Under the pieces are notes generated by a model. It was given only the letters and a program-made list of their open reading frames with translations, did no database searches and had not been told where the DNA came from. From the IMG/VR virus record IMGVR_UViG_3300031555_003801, positions 1 through 64,000 of that record: DNA of 64,000 nucleotides. One strand, 5' to 3'. A program made the position numbers and the translations under genes. This DNA is from a virus (lineage: Duplodnaviria > Heunggongvirae > Uroviricota > Caudoviricetes). This document shows, in pieces, positions 34,635 to 45,671 of the stretch; within the stretch, counting starts at the first letter, position 1; each line of letters opens with the position of its first letter.

Positions 34635-35211
34635 AAATTATTGGAAACACTTTAAATTAATTACTAAACATAAATATTATGTTTTTAAGAATTGTTGTTA
34701 TGCAGGTATTCTTTTACAGGGAATACTGCATGATTTATCTAAATATTCTCCAACTGAATTTTTAGAATCTGTAAAAAATTATTCTGGTAATCGTTCTCCA
34801 ATAGACAATTTAAAAGATAAAGGTGAAATTAGTATGGCATGGCTTCATCATAGAGGCCGCAATAAACATCATTGGGAATATTGGATTGATAATTTAGCTG
34901 ATGGTCCAGATGCTCTTCTCATGCCAGAAAAATATGCTATTGAAATGCTTTGCGATTTTTTAGGTGCTGGACAGGCATACATGGGAAAAAACTGGACTAT
35001 GAGTTCTCCTTATGAATGGTGGCAGACTAAAAAAGACCATTGCCTTATGCATCCAGCAACTAAAATGTTTATTGATAATATTTTCATTCTTATGAAAGAG
35101 AATGAATTTAAATATAAAAACTATTTAAATCCAAAAATTTTAAGAGATTCTTATAAGAGATGTATTAGTTATGCTGAACAAGCAGAAATTGGAAAATATT
35201 GGAGGGAATAA
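34597..35211 (+). CDS. Hypothetical protein with His-rich (HD-like) motifs
   Basis: GILHDLSKY...AWLHHRGRNKHHWEYW. Confidence 0.3.
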   Translation: MKKMLGGQILMFKNYWKHFKLITKHKYYVFKNCCYAGILLQGILHDLSKYSPTEFLESVKNYSGNRSPIDNLKDKGEISMAWLHHRGRNKHHWEYWIDNLADGPDALLMPEKYAIEMLCDFLGAGQAYMGKNWTMSSPYEWWQTKKDHCLMHPATKMFIDNIFILMKENEFKYKNYLNPKILRDSYKRCISYAEQAEIGKYWRE

Positions 35212-35883
35212 ATGATAACAATATATACTGATGGAGCATGTAGCGGAAATGGTAAAGAAAATTCTAAGGGCGGTTTTGGAGTAGTAGTTATCAAAGATGA
35301 TAAAATAATTGATGCTTATCAAGAATTTTCAGAAAATACAACCAATAATAGAGAAGAAATTAAAGCTATTCTTTGGGCTTTAAAAAATTATGGTTATCCA
35401 AAAGATGAATTTCAATATCCTCTCGTTTATTCTGACTCAATGTATTGTGTAAATACTTTTAATGAATGGATGTATAATTGGGCACGCAATGGCTGGATTA
35501 AATCAGATAAAAAGCCACCGGAAAACCTTGATTTAATTGAAGAATATTTTAATTCTGATAAAAAAATTGAATTGAAATATGTAAGAGGTCATGCAGGAAA
35601 TAAATACAATGAAATTGCTGATGGTTTAGCTACTGGAAGATATAAAATAAAAGATTTTGTCATAGAAGCTGAAACTACTGAAAAAAATGAAATATTAAAA
35701 CCTTTTGATATTTCAACATTTAAAGTAGAAGAAAATGATAATATTTTAGTTAAAATAGATCCAGATTTAGTAAAACTTGATGATACATCTTATATCCATA
35801 AATATCTATCTGAAGCTTTTCCAAATAATAATGTAATCACTATACTTAAAGGAATTGAAATTGAAATAGAAAAAAATATATGA
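35212..35883 (+). CDS. rnhA: Ribonuclease HI
   Basis: YTDGACSGNG, REEIKAILWAL, YSDSMY, HAGNKYNEIADGLA (DEDD catalytic motif set). Confidence 0.85.
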   Translation: MITIYTDGACSGNGKENSKGGFGVVVIKDDKIIDAYQEFSENTTNNREEIKAILWALKNYGYPKDEFQYPLVYSDSMYCVNTFNEWMYNWARNGWIKSDKKPPENLDLIEEYFNSDKKIELKYVRGHAGNKYNEIADGLATGRYKIKDFVIEAETTEKNEILKPFDISTFKVEENDNILVKIDPDLVKLDDTSYIHKYLSEAFPNNNVITILKGIEIEIEKNI

Positions 35884-35906
35884 TATAATAATAGGAGAAG
35901 ATAAAA

Positions 35907-36134
35907 ATGAGTGGTGTAATTGAAGTTGGAAGATGTAAAATTTGTGGTTCAGAAGATGTTCCTTTAACTAGAAAATATTATTATTATAGTATTCAATGTG
36001 AGTGTTGTGGTTGCAAACATGAAGGTAAAGATGTTCATTTTGAATATGTAGCACATTGTAAAGATTGCGAACCGCATCCTCCAAGAGAAATTAAAGTTTT
36101 ATTAAATGGAAGGAAATATTTAATTAATGAGTAA
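35907..36134 (+). CDS. Hypothetical zinc-ribbon protein
   Basis: CKICGS...CECCGC...CKDC. Confidence 0.35.
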   Translation: MSGVIEVGRCKICGSEDVPLTRKYYYYSIQCECCGCKHEGKDVHFEYVAHCKDCEPHPPREIKVLLNGRKYLINE

Positions 36135-38505
36135 TATTATAGAAACGCCTATTATTGCGGAAGTAGAACAAAGTTTTTTAGATTATGGTTTAAGTGTAAT
36201 TACAGATAGAGCACTTCCTTCCACAGAAGATGGTTTAAAGCCAGTAGCAAGAAGAATCCTTTGGGATATGTTCGATAAAGGTTGGAAGAATGATAAAAAG
36301 TTTGTAAAATGCGCGCAGCCGGTCGGTGATACCATGGGTCGTTTCCATCCGCATGGAGATAGTTCTATCTATGGAGCATTAGTATGGTTATCGCAACCTT
36401 GGAATATGAGATATCCATTAATTTCATTCCATGGAAATAACGGTAGTAGAGATGGTGATGAACCTGCGTCAATGCGTTATACAGAATGTAAATTATCTAA
36501 AATTGGAGAAGAAATGTTAGCTGATATCAAGAAAGATACTATTGATTGGCAGTTAGCATATACAGACGATGAAGAAGAACCAGTTTATCTTCCAGCATAT
36601 TTTCCAAATCTTTTAGTTAATGGTACTTCTGGAATCGCGGTAGCAATGGCTTGCTCATTTGCTCCACATAACTTAAATGAAATTATGGAAGCAGCAAAGC
36701 ATATTTTACAGAATCCAGATTGTAAAGTCAATGATTTATTAGAATATGTAAAAGGTCCAGATTTTCCAACAGGTGGAACAATTATCAATAAAGATGAACT
36801 TCCAACTGCGTATTTGACAGGTAAGGGGCGCGCACGAATTAGAGGTGAATATACTATTGAAACCAAAGCCGGCAAAGATAGTATTGTATTTACATCTATT
36901 CCATATAAAGTATCAAAAGAAAAGTTAATTGTTGAAATTGATAAATTATGTGAAGAAGGAAAAATTGATGGTGTAGTTTCAATTAGAGACGAAAGTAATC
37001 ATCAAGGTGTGCGTTTTGTAATTGAATTAGCAAAAGGCGTAAGTTCTGAACCAATAATTGCGAAAATCTTTAAAAATACTGATTTAGAAACTACTTATAG
37101 CATTAATCAAGTAGCATTGGTTAATAAGAAACCAAGATTACTTAATTTAAAGCAATTAATTGAAATATATAATGAACATCAGAAAGATGTTTTAATTAGA
37201 AAAACTAATTTTGAATTAAAGAAAGCAAAAGCAAGACTTCATATTTTAGATGGTTTATTAATAGCATTAAATAATATTGATGATGTTATTGTGATGATTA
37301 AGAGTAGCGGAAGTGCGGCTGAAGCTAAGGAAAGATTAATGGCAGCATATAATCTTACTGAAATGCAAGCTAAAGCTATTCTTGATATGAAATTAAGTAA
37401 ATTAGCAAAATTAGAAAAAAAAGAAATTGAAAATGAAAAGAATAGTTTAGAAAATGAAATTAAGAAATTAAATACTATTCTTGAAAATCCAATTCCAGAA
37501 TTAATTAATATTTATAATAATTTAGTAAATAAATATGGTGATGAAAGACGTTCTACAATTATTCAGGTTGCGGCAGCAACAAAGGAAGAAAAAGAAATTG
37601 AATTTGTAGAACCAGAAAAATGTGTTGTAGTAATGACTGAAAGTGGTCTTATTAAGAGAATTCCATCAAGTAGTTTCCGCACTCAGCGTAGAAATACAAA
37701 GGGTGTAAAAACGCAGGACGATATTACTAGTATGGTAATTAGAACAAACACAATTGATAATTTAATGATTTTCACTAACAAAGGTCGCATGTATCGTTTA
37801 TTAGTAAATGATATTCCTATTGGAACAAATGTTTCACAGGGTCAGTCTATTAAGTCATTAATTGCAATGGAAACTGATGAAGAACCTACAACAATGTATT
37901 CTATTTATAGAGATACTGATGCTAAATATGTTTTATTTATTACAAAGAATGGTGTAGTAAAGAAAACAACATTAGAAGAATATACTAAAACTAAAAAGAA
38001 AACAGGTATTGCCGCAATCAATATCAAAGAAGGCGATGAATTAATATCTGTATGTTTAGTAAAAGATGAAGAATTAGTATTATTAACTCAAAATGGTATG
38101 GGTATTAGATTTAATTCTACAGAAGTTTCTGCGAGTGGTAGAACTACTGCGGGAGTAAAAGGTATTACATTAAAAGAAAATGATTATGTAGTTGCCGGAA
38201 TGCCTATTAGAAATAGTTCTGATGATATAGCAATTTTTGCGGAAAATGGTTTAGCAAAAAAGATTTTAATTAATGAACTTCCTCTCCAAAAGAGAGCAGG
38301 TAAAGGATTAATTTGTTATAAACCAACTGAAATAACTGGTAATGTTGTTTGTGGAGCATTAGTATCTGCAGAAGATGATATACTTATTTGCGGAAATAAT
38401 ACAAATTTATGTATTTCGGCAAGTGAGATACCTGAACTTAATAGAGGTTCTGTTGGAAATCAAATGATTAAAGGTAGTAAAATTATTAATGTTAGTAAGG
38501 TATAA
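36127..38505 (+). CDS. Type IIA DNA topoisomerase, breakage-reunion (GyrA/ParC-like) subunit
   Basis: GyrA N-terminal motifs (ITDRALP, RRILWDM, active-site region RYTEC). 792 aa. Confidence 0.9.
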   Translation: MSNIIETPIIAEVEQSFLDYGLSVITDRALPSTEDGLKPVARRILWDMFDKGWKNDKKFVKCAQPVGDTMGRFHPHGDSSIYGALVWLSQPWNMRYPLISFHGNNGSRDGDEPASMRYTECKLSKIGEEMLADIKKDTIDWQLAYTDDEEEPVYLPAYFPNLLVNGTSGIAVAMACSFAPHNLNEIMEAAKHILQNPDCKVNDLLEYVKGPDFPTGGTIINKDELPTAYLTGKGRARIRGEYTIETKAGKDSIVFTSIPYKVSKEKLIVEIDKLCEEGKIDGVVSIRDESNHQGVRFVIELAKGVSSEPIIAKIFKNTDLETTYSINQVALVNKKPRLLNLKQLIEIYNEHQKDVLIRKTNFELKKAKARLHILDGLLIALNNIDDVIVMIKSSGSAAEAKERLMAAYNLTEMQAKAILDMKLSKLAKLEKKEIENEKNSLENEIKKLNTILENPIPELINIYNNLVNKYGDERRSTIIQVAAATKEEKEIEFVEPEKCVVVMTESGLIKRIPSSSFRTQRRNTKGVKTQDDITSMVIRTNTIDNLMIFTNKGRMYRLLVNDIPIGTNVSQGQSIKSLIAMETDEEPTTMYSIYRDTDAKYVLFITKNGVVKKTTLEEYTKTKKKTGIAAINIKEGDELISVCLVKDEELVLLTQNGMGIRFNSTEVSASGRTTAGVKGITLKENDYVVAGMPIRNSSDDIAIFAENGLAKKILINELPLQKRAGKGLICYKPTEITGNVVCGALVSAEDDILICGNNTNLCISASEIPELNRGSVGNQMIKGSKIINVSKV

Positions 38506-38510
38506 TAAAT

Positions 38511-38547
38511 GGGGAGATTAATAAATCTCCCCTTTGTTTTTTTATAA
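38511..38547 (+). terminator. Rho-independent terminator
   Basis: ggggagatt-aataa-atctcccc + tttgttttttt. Confidence 0.75.
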
Positions 38548-38793
38548 AAATTATGATATAATAAATTATAATAATATACAAAAGAGGAGAAATGATAAAT
38601 ATGATTACAAAAGATATGAAAATTGAAGATATCATTGAAATTAATTCTAATGCTCCTGCTATTCTTATGTCAGAAGGAATGCATTGTCTTGGTTGTGTGA
38701 TGGCACATACTGAAAATCTAGCAGAAGCCGCAGAAGTACATGGAATTGATATTGATGAATTAGTAAATAAATTAAATGAAATGGAGTAATTAA

Positions 38794-39417
38794 ATGAAAG
38801 ATATTAAAATTACTGATTTAGTAAAAAGTTTAATTGAATCTGATAAAGACCAGTATGATTTTGGTGATATTACTGATTTAAGTAATGCTCTTAATAGACA
38901 ATTAAATGTTGGAGAAATTGATGGTAATGTTGGTGATGCCATTGATAGTTATATTAGGTTTTTCAATAGACAAGATGAACAAGATGGTATTCCAGTAGAA
39001 GAAAGAGTGCCTATCAAGATTTATATTGATTCCCCAGGGGGAGATTTAATTGCGACATTTACAATGATTAATTCAATTAGAATGTCTAAGACTCCTGTTT
39101 GGACTATTAATATTGGAGCAGCATATTCTGGTGGTTTCTTTACATTTATTGCGGGACATAAGAGATTTGCATATCCTTTATCATCTTTTCTTTTCCATGA
39201 AGGTTCTACTGGAACTTCTGGTGATGCTGGTAAGTTTAGAAACTTCGCTGATTTCTATAAAAAGGAATTAGATAATTTAAAGAAAGTTGTTTTAGAATAT
39301 ACTGATATTACCGAAGAAGATTACGAAAAACATATTAATGATGACTGGTGGTTTACTGCCAAAGAAGCATTAGAATATGGTATTTGTGATGAAATTACGA
39401 AGGAACTGATTTATTAA
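38794..39417 (+). CDS. ClpP-family serine protease (possibly prohead/scaffold protease)
   Basis: IDSPGGDL...YSGGFFTFIAGHKR...FHEG Ser/His catalytic motifs. Confidence 0.65.
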   Translation: MKDIKITDLVKSLIESDKDQYDFGDITDLSNALNRQLNVGEIDGNVGDAIDSYIRFFNRQDEQDGIPVEERVPIKIYIDSPGGDLIATFTMINSIRMSKTPVWTINIGAAYSGGFFTFIAGHKRFAYPLSSFLFHEGSTGTSGDAGKFRNFADFYKKELDNLKKVVLEYTDITEEDYEKHINDDWWFTAKEALEYGICDEITKELIY

Positions 39418-39594
39418 TGTATATTAGTAGAGAAAGATTAAAAGAATTATTAGTATCTGATTTAAAAATTAAAGCTTTATCAGAATTTTTAAGAGAACAT
39501 AGTCCTGAAACTTTTTTAGCTGTAAGTGTAGCTCATTATAATATAAAAAATAAAACAAAATTTAAAAATTTTGAAGAATTAGCAGAATATTTAA

Positions 39595-41553
39595 TTGATA
39601 ATGATAAATACCATGGATAAATTAGAATTATTAAACATAGCAACAGATGCATATAATAAAGGACAACCATTTATGTCCGATAAAGAATGGGATGACTTAT
39701 ATTTTGAGCTTGGTGAACAGGCTCAAAATATAAGATATGAAGTAGTTAGTGAGCTTCAGAAAGTTGAGCATGAATATCCGATGTTATCTCTTGATAAGAC
39801 TAAAAATGAAGATGATATTTTTAGTTTTATTAAACAGAGAGATATTGTTATTATGGGTAAAATGGATGGTTTAACTTGCGCGTTGACCTATCTCGATGGA
39901 GAATTAGTGCGAGCTGAAACTCGCGGCAATGGAATGATTGGTGAAGATATTACTCATAATGCAATGGTTATTCCATCTATTCCAAAGAAAATTGAATATA
40001 AGGATAAATTAACTGTATTTGGTGAAATTATTTGTAAATATGATGATTTTGAAATATTTAATAATTCTTATAAAAACCCTCGTAATTTTGCGGCAGGTAG
40101 TATTAGATTATTAGATGCTAATGAATGTGCTAAAAGAAAATTAACTTTTATTGCTTGGGATGCTATTGCACCAGCAGATGAATGTAATAGTTTAGCAGAT
40201 TTATTTTATATTTTACATAAAAATTCATTTATAATTGTTCCATATTCTTATATTCCTTATAATCCTCCAAAAGGTCCTTTTGAGGAAGAATTAGAATATC
40301 CTGCTTTTATTAGATGGAATTTAAATGGTGTTCAAGAATTATGTCAAGAATTATCATATCCAATAGATGGATTAGTCATTAAATATGATAATATTATGTT
40401 AGGTCAAACACTTGGCCGCACAGAACATCATTTTAATAATGCATTAGCTTTTAAATTTTATGATGAAACATATGAAACTGAATTATTAGATATTGAATGG
40501 TCTATGGGCCGCACAGGAGTTCTTACCCCAATCGCAATATTTAAACCAGTTGAAATTGATGGTTCAACAGTAGAAAGAGCAAGTCTTCATAATTTAAGCA
40601 TTATGGATGAAATCTTTGGTTCTCCTGGACCTTTTGAATATCAAAAAATTTCAGTATTTAAAGCGAATATGATAATTCCGCAAATTGAAAAAGCATTTGA
40701 TACAGACAGAGGCACTCTATTTTATATGGCTCAAAGATTTATTGATCCGCCTGAAATTTGTCCTATTTGTGGAGGTCCAACAGAAGAAGTTCAATCAAAT
40801 GATACAAAACAATTAGTTTGCACAAATCCTACTTGTCAAGGTAAATTAATTAATAGAATTGACCATTTTGCAAGTAAGAAAGGTCTTGATATTAAAGGTC
40901 TTTCAAAGAAAACTATTGAAAAATTAATTGATGAATGCGATGTATCTTCTATTACTGATTTATATAATATTGAAAAGTGGTCTAAAAAATTATATAAATT
41001 AAACGGTTTTGGTGAAAAATCAGTAAACAATTTAATTGAATCTATTAATCAATCCAGACTTTGTAATTTACAAGCATTTATTTGTTCTCTTGGTATTCCA
41101 TTAGTAGGCTCAACTGTAAGTAAATTATTATCTGAAAAATTCAATGATTATCATGATTTTAGAATGGCTGTTATGAATAATTATAAATTCTTTAATATTC
41201 CTACTATTGGGCCAGAAATTCATAATGCTATTATGAAATTTGATTATTCAGAAGCGGATAAATTAGCAGAAGAAATTTTTATTATAACTAATCCAAAAGA
41301 AGAGAAAAAAGAAGATATATTTGCGGGAAAGACATTTGTTATTACCGGCAAATTAAAAACATATAAAAATAGAGCTGAGTTAGAATCAATTATTAAACAA
41401 TATGGTGGTAAAGTTTCTTCATCAGTAAGTAAAAATACTTCATATTTAATTAATAATGATATAAATAGTACATCATCAAAGAATGAAAGTGCGAAAAAAC
41501 TCGGTATAGAGATTATCACAGAAGAAAATTTTAAAAATTTTCTTGACTTATAA
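39595..41553 (+). CDS. ligA: NAD-dependent DNA ligase
   Basis: KMDGL (KxDG), Zn-finger CPICGG...CTNPTC, HhH and C-terminal BRCT-like region. 652 aa. Confidence 0.9.
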   Translation: MIMINTMDKLELLNIATDAYNKGQPFMSDKEWDDLYFELGEQAQNIRYEVVSELQKVEHEYPMLSLDKTKNEDDIFSFIKQRDIVIMGKMDGLTCALTYLDGELVRAETRGNGMIGEDITHNAMVIPSIPKKIEYKDKLTVFGEIICKYDDFEIFNNSYKNPRNFAAGSIRLLDANECAKRKLTFIAWDAIAPADECNSLADLFYILHKNSFIIVPYSYIPYNPPKGPFEEELEYPAFIRWNLNGVQELCQELSYPIDGLVIKYDNIMLGQTLGRTEHHFNNALAFKFYDETYETELLDIEWSMGRTGVLTPIAIFKPVEIDGSTVERASLHNLSIMDEIFGSPGPFEYQKISVFKANMIIPQIEKAFDTDRGTLFYMAQRFIDPPEICPICGGPTEEVQSNDTKQLVCTNPTCQGKLINRIDHFASKKGLDIKGLSKKTIEKLIDECDVSSITDLYNIEKWSKKLYKLNGFGEKSVNNLIESINQSRLCNLQAFICSLGIPLVGSTVSKLLSEKFNDYHDFRMAVMNNYKFFNIPTIGPEIHNAIMKFDYSEADKLAEEIFIITNPKEEKKEDIFAGKTFVITGKLKTYKNRAELESIIKQYGGKVSSSVSKNTSYLINNDINSTSSKNESAKKLGIEIITEENFKNFLDL

Positions 41554-41878
41554 AAAAAAATTTAGTATAATATATGTGTAAAATAAATAAAGGAAAAATT
41601 TATGGATAGAAAAAATCGTAGAGAAATCGCTCGTGAAATCGCGAAGTGCGAACTTATCATTCAAAAGAGTAATAATGATTTAAATAAGAATAAAGCAATG
41701 AATAGAATTGAAACACTGACTATGAGAATTACAAATTTAGAAGATATGCTTGCGATCGACGACATGGTACAGAAGATTTTAGAACAAAAAATTTTGACTT
41801 AAAAAAATTTTTCTGATATAATATTTACATAAAATAAAAAAATAAAAAAAAATATAATTTTAAAGGAGAAAAATACAA

Positions 41879-42148
41879 ATGGCAATGAAAGAAAATTCCA
41901 AGAAAGTTTTAAATTATTTAAAGGGTATCAATGGCGCTCAGGTTACAGCTGCTGATGTAGCAGAAGCACTTGGTTTAGAAAAGAGAAGCGTAGACGGTAT
42001 CTTTACATCCGCTATCCAGAGAAAGGGTCTTGGCGTAAGAACTCCTGCTGAAATCGAACTTGAAGATGGTTCCCACAAGGCTGTTAAGTTCTTATCTTTA
42101 ACTGATGCTGGTATGGCATTTGATCCAGACGCAGAAGACGCTGAATAA
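41879..42148 (+). CDS. Hypothetical protein (GC-rich, possibly DNA-binding)
   Basis: ORF with bacterial-like codon usage. Confidence 0.35.
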   Translation: MAMKENSKKVLNYLKGINGAQVTAADVAEALGLEKRSVDGIFTSAIQRKGLGVRTPAEIELEDGSHKAVKFLSLTDAGMAFDPDAEDAE

Positions 42149-42169
42149 TTATTGAATTAAATAGAATAT

Positions 42170-42201
42170 GGGGTAGATAAAAATTCTACCCCAATTTTTT
42201 T
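42170..42201 (+). terminator. Rho-independent terminator
   Basis: ggggtagat-aaaaat-tctacccc + aattttttt. Confidence 0.7.
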
Positions 42202-42209
42202 AAGTAATT

Positions 42210-43160
42210 ATGGATATAATAATATATAGTTTAATTGGTGTCTTAACTGGTGGTATTATAATTTATTTTATAATGCGATCAAAAGTAAAACAAAGAGTTT
42301 TTTTAGATACCGAATTAGAAAAAGAAAATAGTAAATTAAGACAAGAATATGAATTTCTACGTGATGAATATGTCAGAATAAAAGCATAGAGAGAATCTAT
42401 TATAGAAAATTTAGGCATGTTAGAAAAGTAGGCAAGGCAATCTGCTGAAGTTTTTTATCAAAAGAATATGGAGATTGCATAGCAAAATCTTGAAGCATCA
42501 TTAGAAAAGTTTAGTCAAGAAATCCAATAGTCAAAAGATTAGTATGAAGCAGAATATTTAGCAATTATAAAAGATTTAGCAGATAAAGCATAGCTAAAAA
42601 CAGAAGAAGTTAATAAACTTATATCTGATTTAGATAATGAACTAAATGAAAAACAATCTATTGTTAATGCAGCTGTTGAAGCAAGTAAACGAGCAAAAGA
42701 AATGGAAGAATCTAAAGATTTTTATCGTTTATAGCTATCAGATACTGATGTTGATGAAATTGCGCGACTTCGCTCAGTAGTTCCTTATTTGCGAAATGCT
42801 GAACCAATTAATAAAGTTATTTGGAAAGTTTATTATGAAAAACCATATACTGATTTAATTGGTAGAGTTATTGGTTCTGGCGTTCACACCGGCATTTATA
42901 AAATTACTAATATGGAAAATAATATGTGCTATGTTGGTCAAGCCGCTAACTTATCAGAGCGTTGGAGACAACATATTAAGCGTGGTGTCGGCGCAGAAGC
43001 TCCAACCCGCAATAAACTCTACCCAGCTATGGAAGAATTTGGGGTAGAGAATTTTACATTTGAAGTAATTGAAGAGTGCGATAGAGCTAAACTTGATGCG
43101 CAAGAAGATTATTGGCAAGAATATTTTAAAGCAAAAGAATTTGGTTATAGTATAAAATAA
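42210..43160 (+). CDS. Membrane-anchored coiled-coil protein with C-terminal GIY-YIG nuclease domain, 7 in-frame TAG codons
   Basis: N-terminal hydrophobic segment. Coiled coil KA*RESIIENL...EIA*QNLEASLEKFSQEIQ*SKD*YEAEY. C-terminal GIYKITNMENNMCYVGQAANLSERWRQH. The ORF track shows only the last 123 codons (42789..43160). Confidence 0.6.
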
Positions 43161-43170
43161 GGAGAAATAA

Positions 43171-43845
43171 ATGGGTAGAGTAATTATTCAGCCTCATACT
43201 ACAAAAAATCCAATTACTTTAATTGGTGAAGAAGCAGGTATTTGCTATGGCACAGATACAACAGATCCAGTGAAGAATTATAAACGTGGTAAAAGATGTA
43301 TTGAAGATGGTCATGGCAGAGTATTAGAATTTCCGCAAGTATACATGATTCTTGATGGTTATTCTGCAAGAGTAATGAGAGAATATTATACACATATTGG
43401 AGGCGCTCCTACAAGACTTCAAGCCTCTACAAGATATATTGGATATAGTGATTTTGATTATATCATCCCTCCAAATATTGAAAAAGACCCAATAGCAAAA
43501 GAAATTTATGATGATTGTATGCATCATATTGCTATTGCAAGAGTACGTTTAGCAACTGAATGTGGCATTGATAAGGAAGATTCCGCAAATCTTCTTCCTC
43601 TTGGAATGGAGAGTAAAGTAGTTGTAAGGACTAATGCTCGTCAATTAATTGATATGGATGGTACAAGAGAATGCACTCGTGCTTATTGGGAAATTAGAAA
43701 TATTATGAAAGATATTAAAGCAGCACTTTCTGAATATTCAGAAGAGTGGAAATATCTAATTGATACTCAATTTAAAGTAAAATGTGATATTGTTGGTTAT
43801 TGTTTAGAAACAGAGTGTTGTGGAAGACATGAAAAGAAAAATTAA
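43171..43845 (+). CDS. thyX: Flavin-dependent thymidylate synthase ThyX-like
   Basis: TH...QASTRY and RxxRExxTH-type motifs. 224 aa. Confidence 0.55.
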   Translation: MGRVIIQPHTTKNPITLIGEEAGICYGTDTTDPVKNYKRGKRCIEDGHGRVLEFPQVYMILDGYSARVMREYYTHIGGAPTRLQASTRYIGYSDFDYIIPPNIEKDPIAKEIYDDCMHHIAIARVRLATECGIDKEDSANLLPLGMESKVVVRTNARQLIDMDGTRECTRAYWEIRNIMKDIKAALSEYSEEWKYLIDTQFKVKCDIVGYCLETECCGRHEKKN

Positions 43846-44233
43846 AATATTTACTCCAAATGAAAATGGAAAATTTGAATTTACAAAACAAGAATTAGAA
43901 GAACTAATAAATGAAGCATATGAAGAAGGTTGTTCCGATGGGTAGGGAACATCACTATATTGGCCTCCTGGAACAAGACATATTGAAAAAGATATAACTT
44001 GGGATTGGCATGATGGTCCTACTTGTACAAATGAATTATGGCCTGCAGAAAAATCTATCTCTATTTCTTATGAAGGAGAAGTACCAAAAGGACAATTATA
44101 TGGATGCGATGATAATCGTGCGGAATTAATTAATTCTAATTGTATAGATAATTGTATAAAAGATTATACTACATTGTGTGATAATTTAGAAAAATCTGTT
44201 TCATCAAATAGAATGATTTATGCTCATTTATAA
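43829..44233 (+). CDS. Hypothetical Cys-rich protein, 1 in-frame TAG (43943)
   Basis: MKRKIKIFTPNENGKFEFTKQ...CSDG*GTSLYWPPG...; the frame is continuous only with TAG as sense. Confidence 0.35.
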
Positions 44234-44242
44234 TTTACAAAT

Positions 44243-44270
44243 TGACTTTTTTAATAAAAAATGTTATAAT
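44243..44270 (+). promoter_or_regulatory. sigma70-like promoter TTGACT-N16-TATAAT
   Basis: ttgact 44243-44248, tataat 44265-44270 (tgtTATAAT). Confidence 0.6.
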
Positions 44271-44305
44271 ATTTATATAAAATTAAAAAAGGAGTTTGTA
44301 AAAGG

Positions 44306-44653
44306 ATGTCAAAAAAGCAAGAATTTATTAATTATGTTGAAGATTTAATGAATGGTGAAAAGCCGGAAATGACAGAAAATGTAAAGTTGTATTGGGAAGC
44401 GTTTAAAGGAAAAGAAGAAGTTGATAAGCCTCTTTTTACAGACAACGGAAAGCTGATTCTTCAGTGCATGAAGGACCACACTGAAACGCCAATGTGGAAG
44501 TCAAGAGATATCGCAGAAGTGTTATTTATTTCTTCCAGAGCAGTATCCGGAGCTATGAGAAAGTTAGTTTCTGATGGATATGTTGAAAAGGTTGGTCAGG
44601 ACCCAACTATATACACTTTAACAGACAAAGGCACAAAAATTGAAATTGTTTAA
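44306..44653 (+). CDS. Hypothetical winged-helix (MarR-like) DNA-binding protein
   Basis: DIAEVLFISSRAVSGAMRKLVSDGYVEKV helix-turn-helix. Confidence 0.4.
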   Translation: MSKKQEFINYVEDLMNGEKPEMTENVKLYWEAFKGKEEVDKPLFTDNGKLILQCMKDHTETPMWKSRDIAEVLFISSRAVSGAMRKLVSDGYVEKVGQDPTIYTLTDKGTKIEIV

Positions 44654-44674
44654 TTTTAAGGAGAATTATAATTT

Positions 44675-45619
44675 ATGAAAAAGATGACAAATGAAACTCA
44701 TATTGAAGGTAGAATTTATGAACATGACCTTGCGTTAAAGGTATCTGGTCCAAATTCTCAGACACCAGGAACACAATTTATTGGTGGTTCTGTGAGCATT
44801 GCAACAGATGAAGAATGTTTAAATGTAGTTCAGGTTTATTTTACATATGTAACAGCAACTACAAAGAAAGGTTCTACTAATGCTACTTTCACTACTTTAA
44901 AGAACATCATTGATGGTGTATTTAAGACAGTAATGAAGGACGGTAAAGATAATGCTACAAAGGTAAGAATTGATTCTGCTGTTGGTTTAAATGATTTCTA
45001 TGTAGAAGATAGAAATAATCCAGGCCAGTTAGAATTAGTTAGTGCAAAGAGAAATATTGGTGGTTTTGTTCACGTAGCAGATGCATTAGCAGAAGATGAA
45101 AATATTAGAAACACTTTTAAGTGTGATATGTTAATTACAAATGTAACAAGAAAAGAAGCTGATGAAGAACGTAATCTTCCAGAAAAGGCAATTATAAAGG
45201 GTTATGTATTTGATTTCGCTGGTTCTTTACTTCCAATTGAATTTAGTGCTACAAATCCAAATGCAATTAATTATTTTGAAGGACTTGAAGCAAGTCCATC
45301 TAACCCTATTTTCACAAAGGTTTGGGGTCGTCAGATTTCTGAAACTATTATTCGTGAAATTAGAGAAGAATCTGCATTTGGTGATGCAAGTGTAAGAGAA
45401 GTTAAGAGCACTCGTAAGGACTTTGTAATTACTGGCGCACAAACAGAACCATATATTTGGGATGATGAATCCACAATGACTGTTGCTGAATTAAAGGAAA
45501 AGATTGCAGCTCGTGAAACACATCTAGCGACTGTAAAACAGAAATATCTTGAATATAAGGCATCTCAAAAGGCTCCTGTAGCAGCAGCAGCTCCTGCAAC
45601 TGGCGGTTTCAGTTTCTAA
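44675..45619 (+). CDS. Hypothetical protein (possible ssDNA-binding/recombination partner of the downstream AAA_24 ATPase)
   Basis: 314 aa, GC-richer, Ala-rich C-terminal tail. Confidence 0.4.
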   Translation: MKKMTNETHIEGRIYEHDLALKVSGPNSQTPGTQFIGGSVSIATDEECLNVVQVYFTYVTATTKKGSTNATFTTLKNIIDGVFKTVMKDGKDNATKVRIDSAVGLNDFYVEDRNNPGQLELVSAKRNIGGFVHVADALAEDENIRNTFKCDMLITNVTRKEADEERNLPEKAIIKGYVFDFAGSLLPIEFSATNPNAINYFEGLEASPSNPIFTKVWGRQISETIIREIREESAFGDASVREVKSTRKDFVITGAQTEPYIWDDESTMTVAELKEKIAARETHLATVKQKYLEYKASQKAPVAAAAPATGGFSF

Positions 45620-45671
45620 TTGAAACCCCAGTTCATAGATATATTTTAAAAAATAAGGAGAATAAAAAATA

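Noticed and set aside
42859-43047. Internal overlapping ORFs (42859..43047, 43324..43527, 45204..45395, 45227..45442, 46330..46527, 46965..47177, 47134..47331, 47531..47755, 52459..52822, 58224..58415, 58890..59120, 60349..60567, 61642..61836, 63025..63231, 16882..17298, 17381..18064, 14360..14578, 15000..15227)
   Set aside because: Each is embedded in or antisense to a longer ORF with clear conserved motifs.
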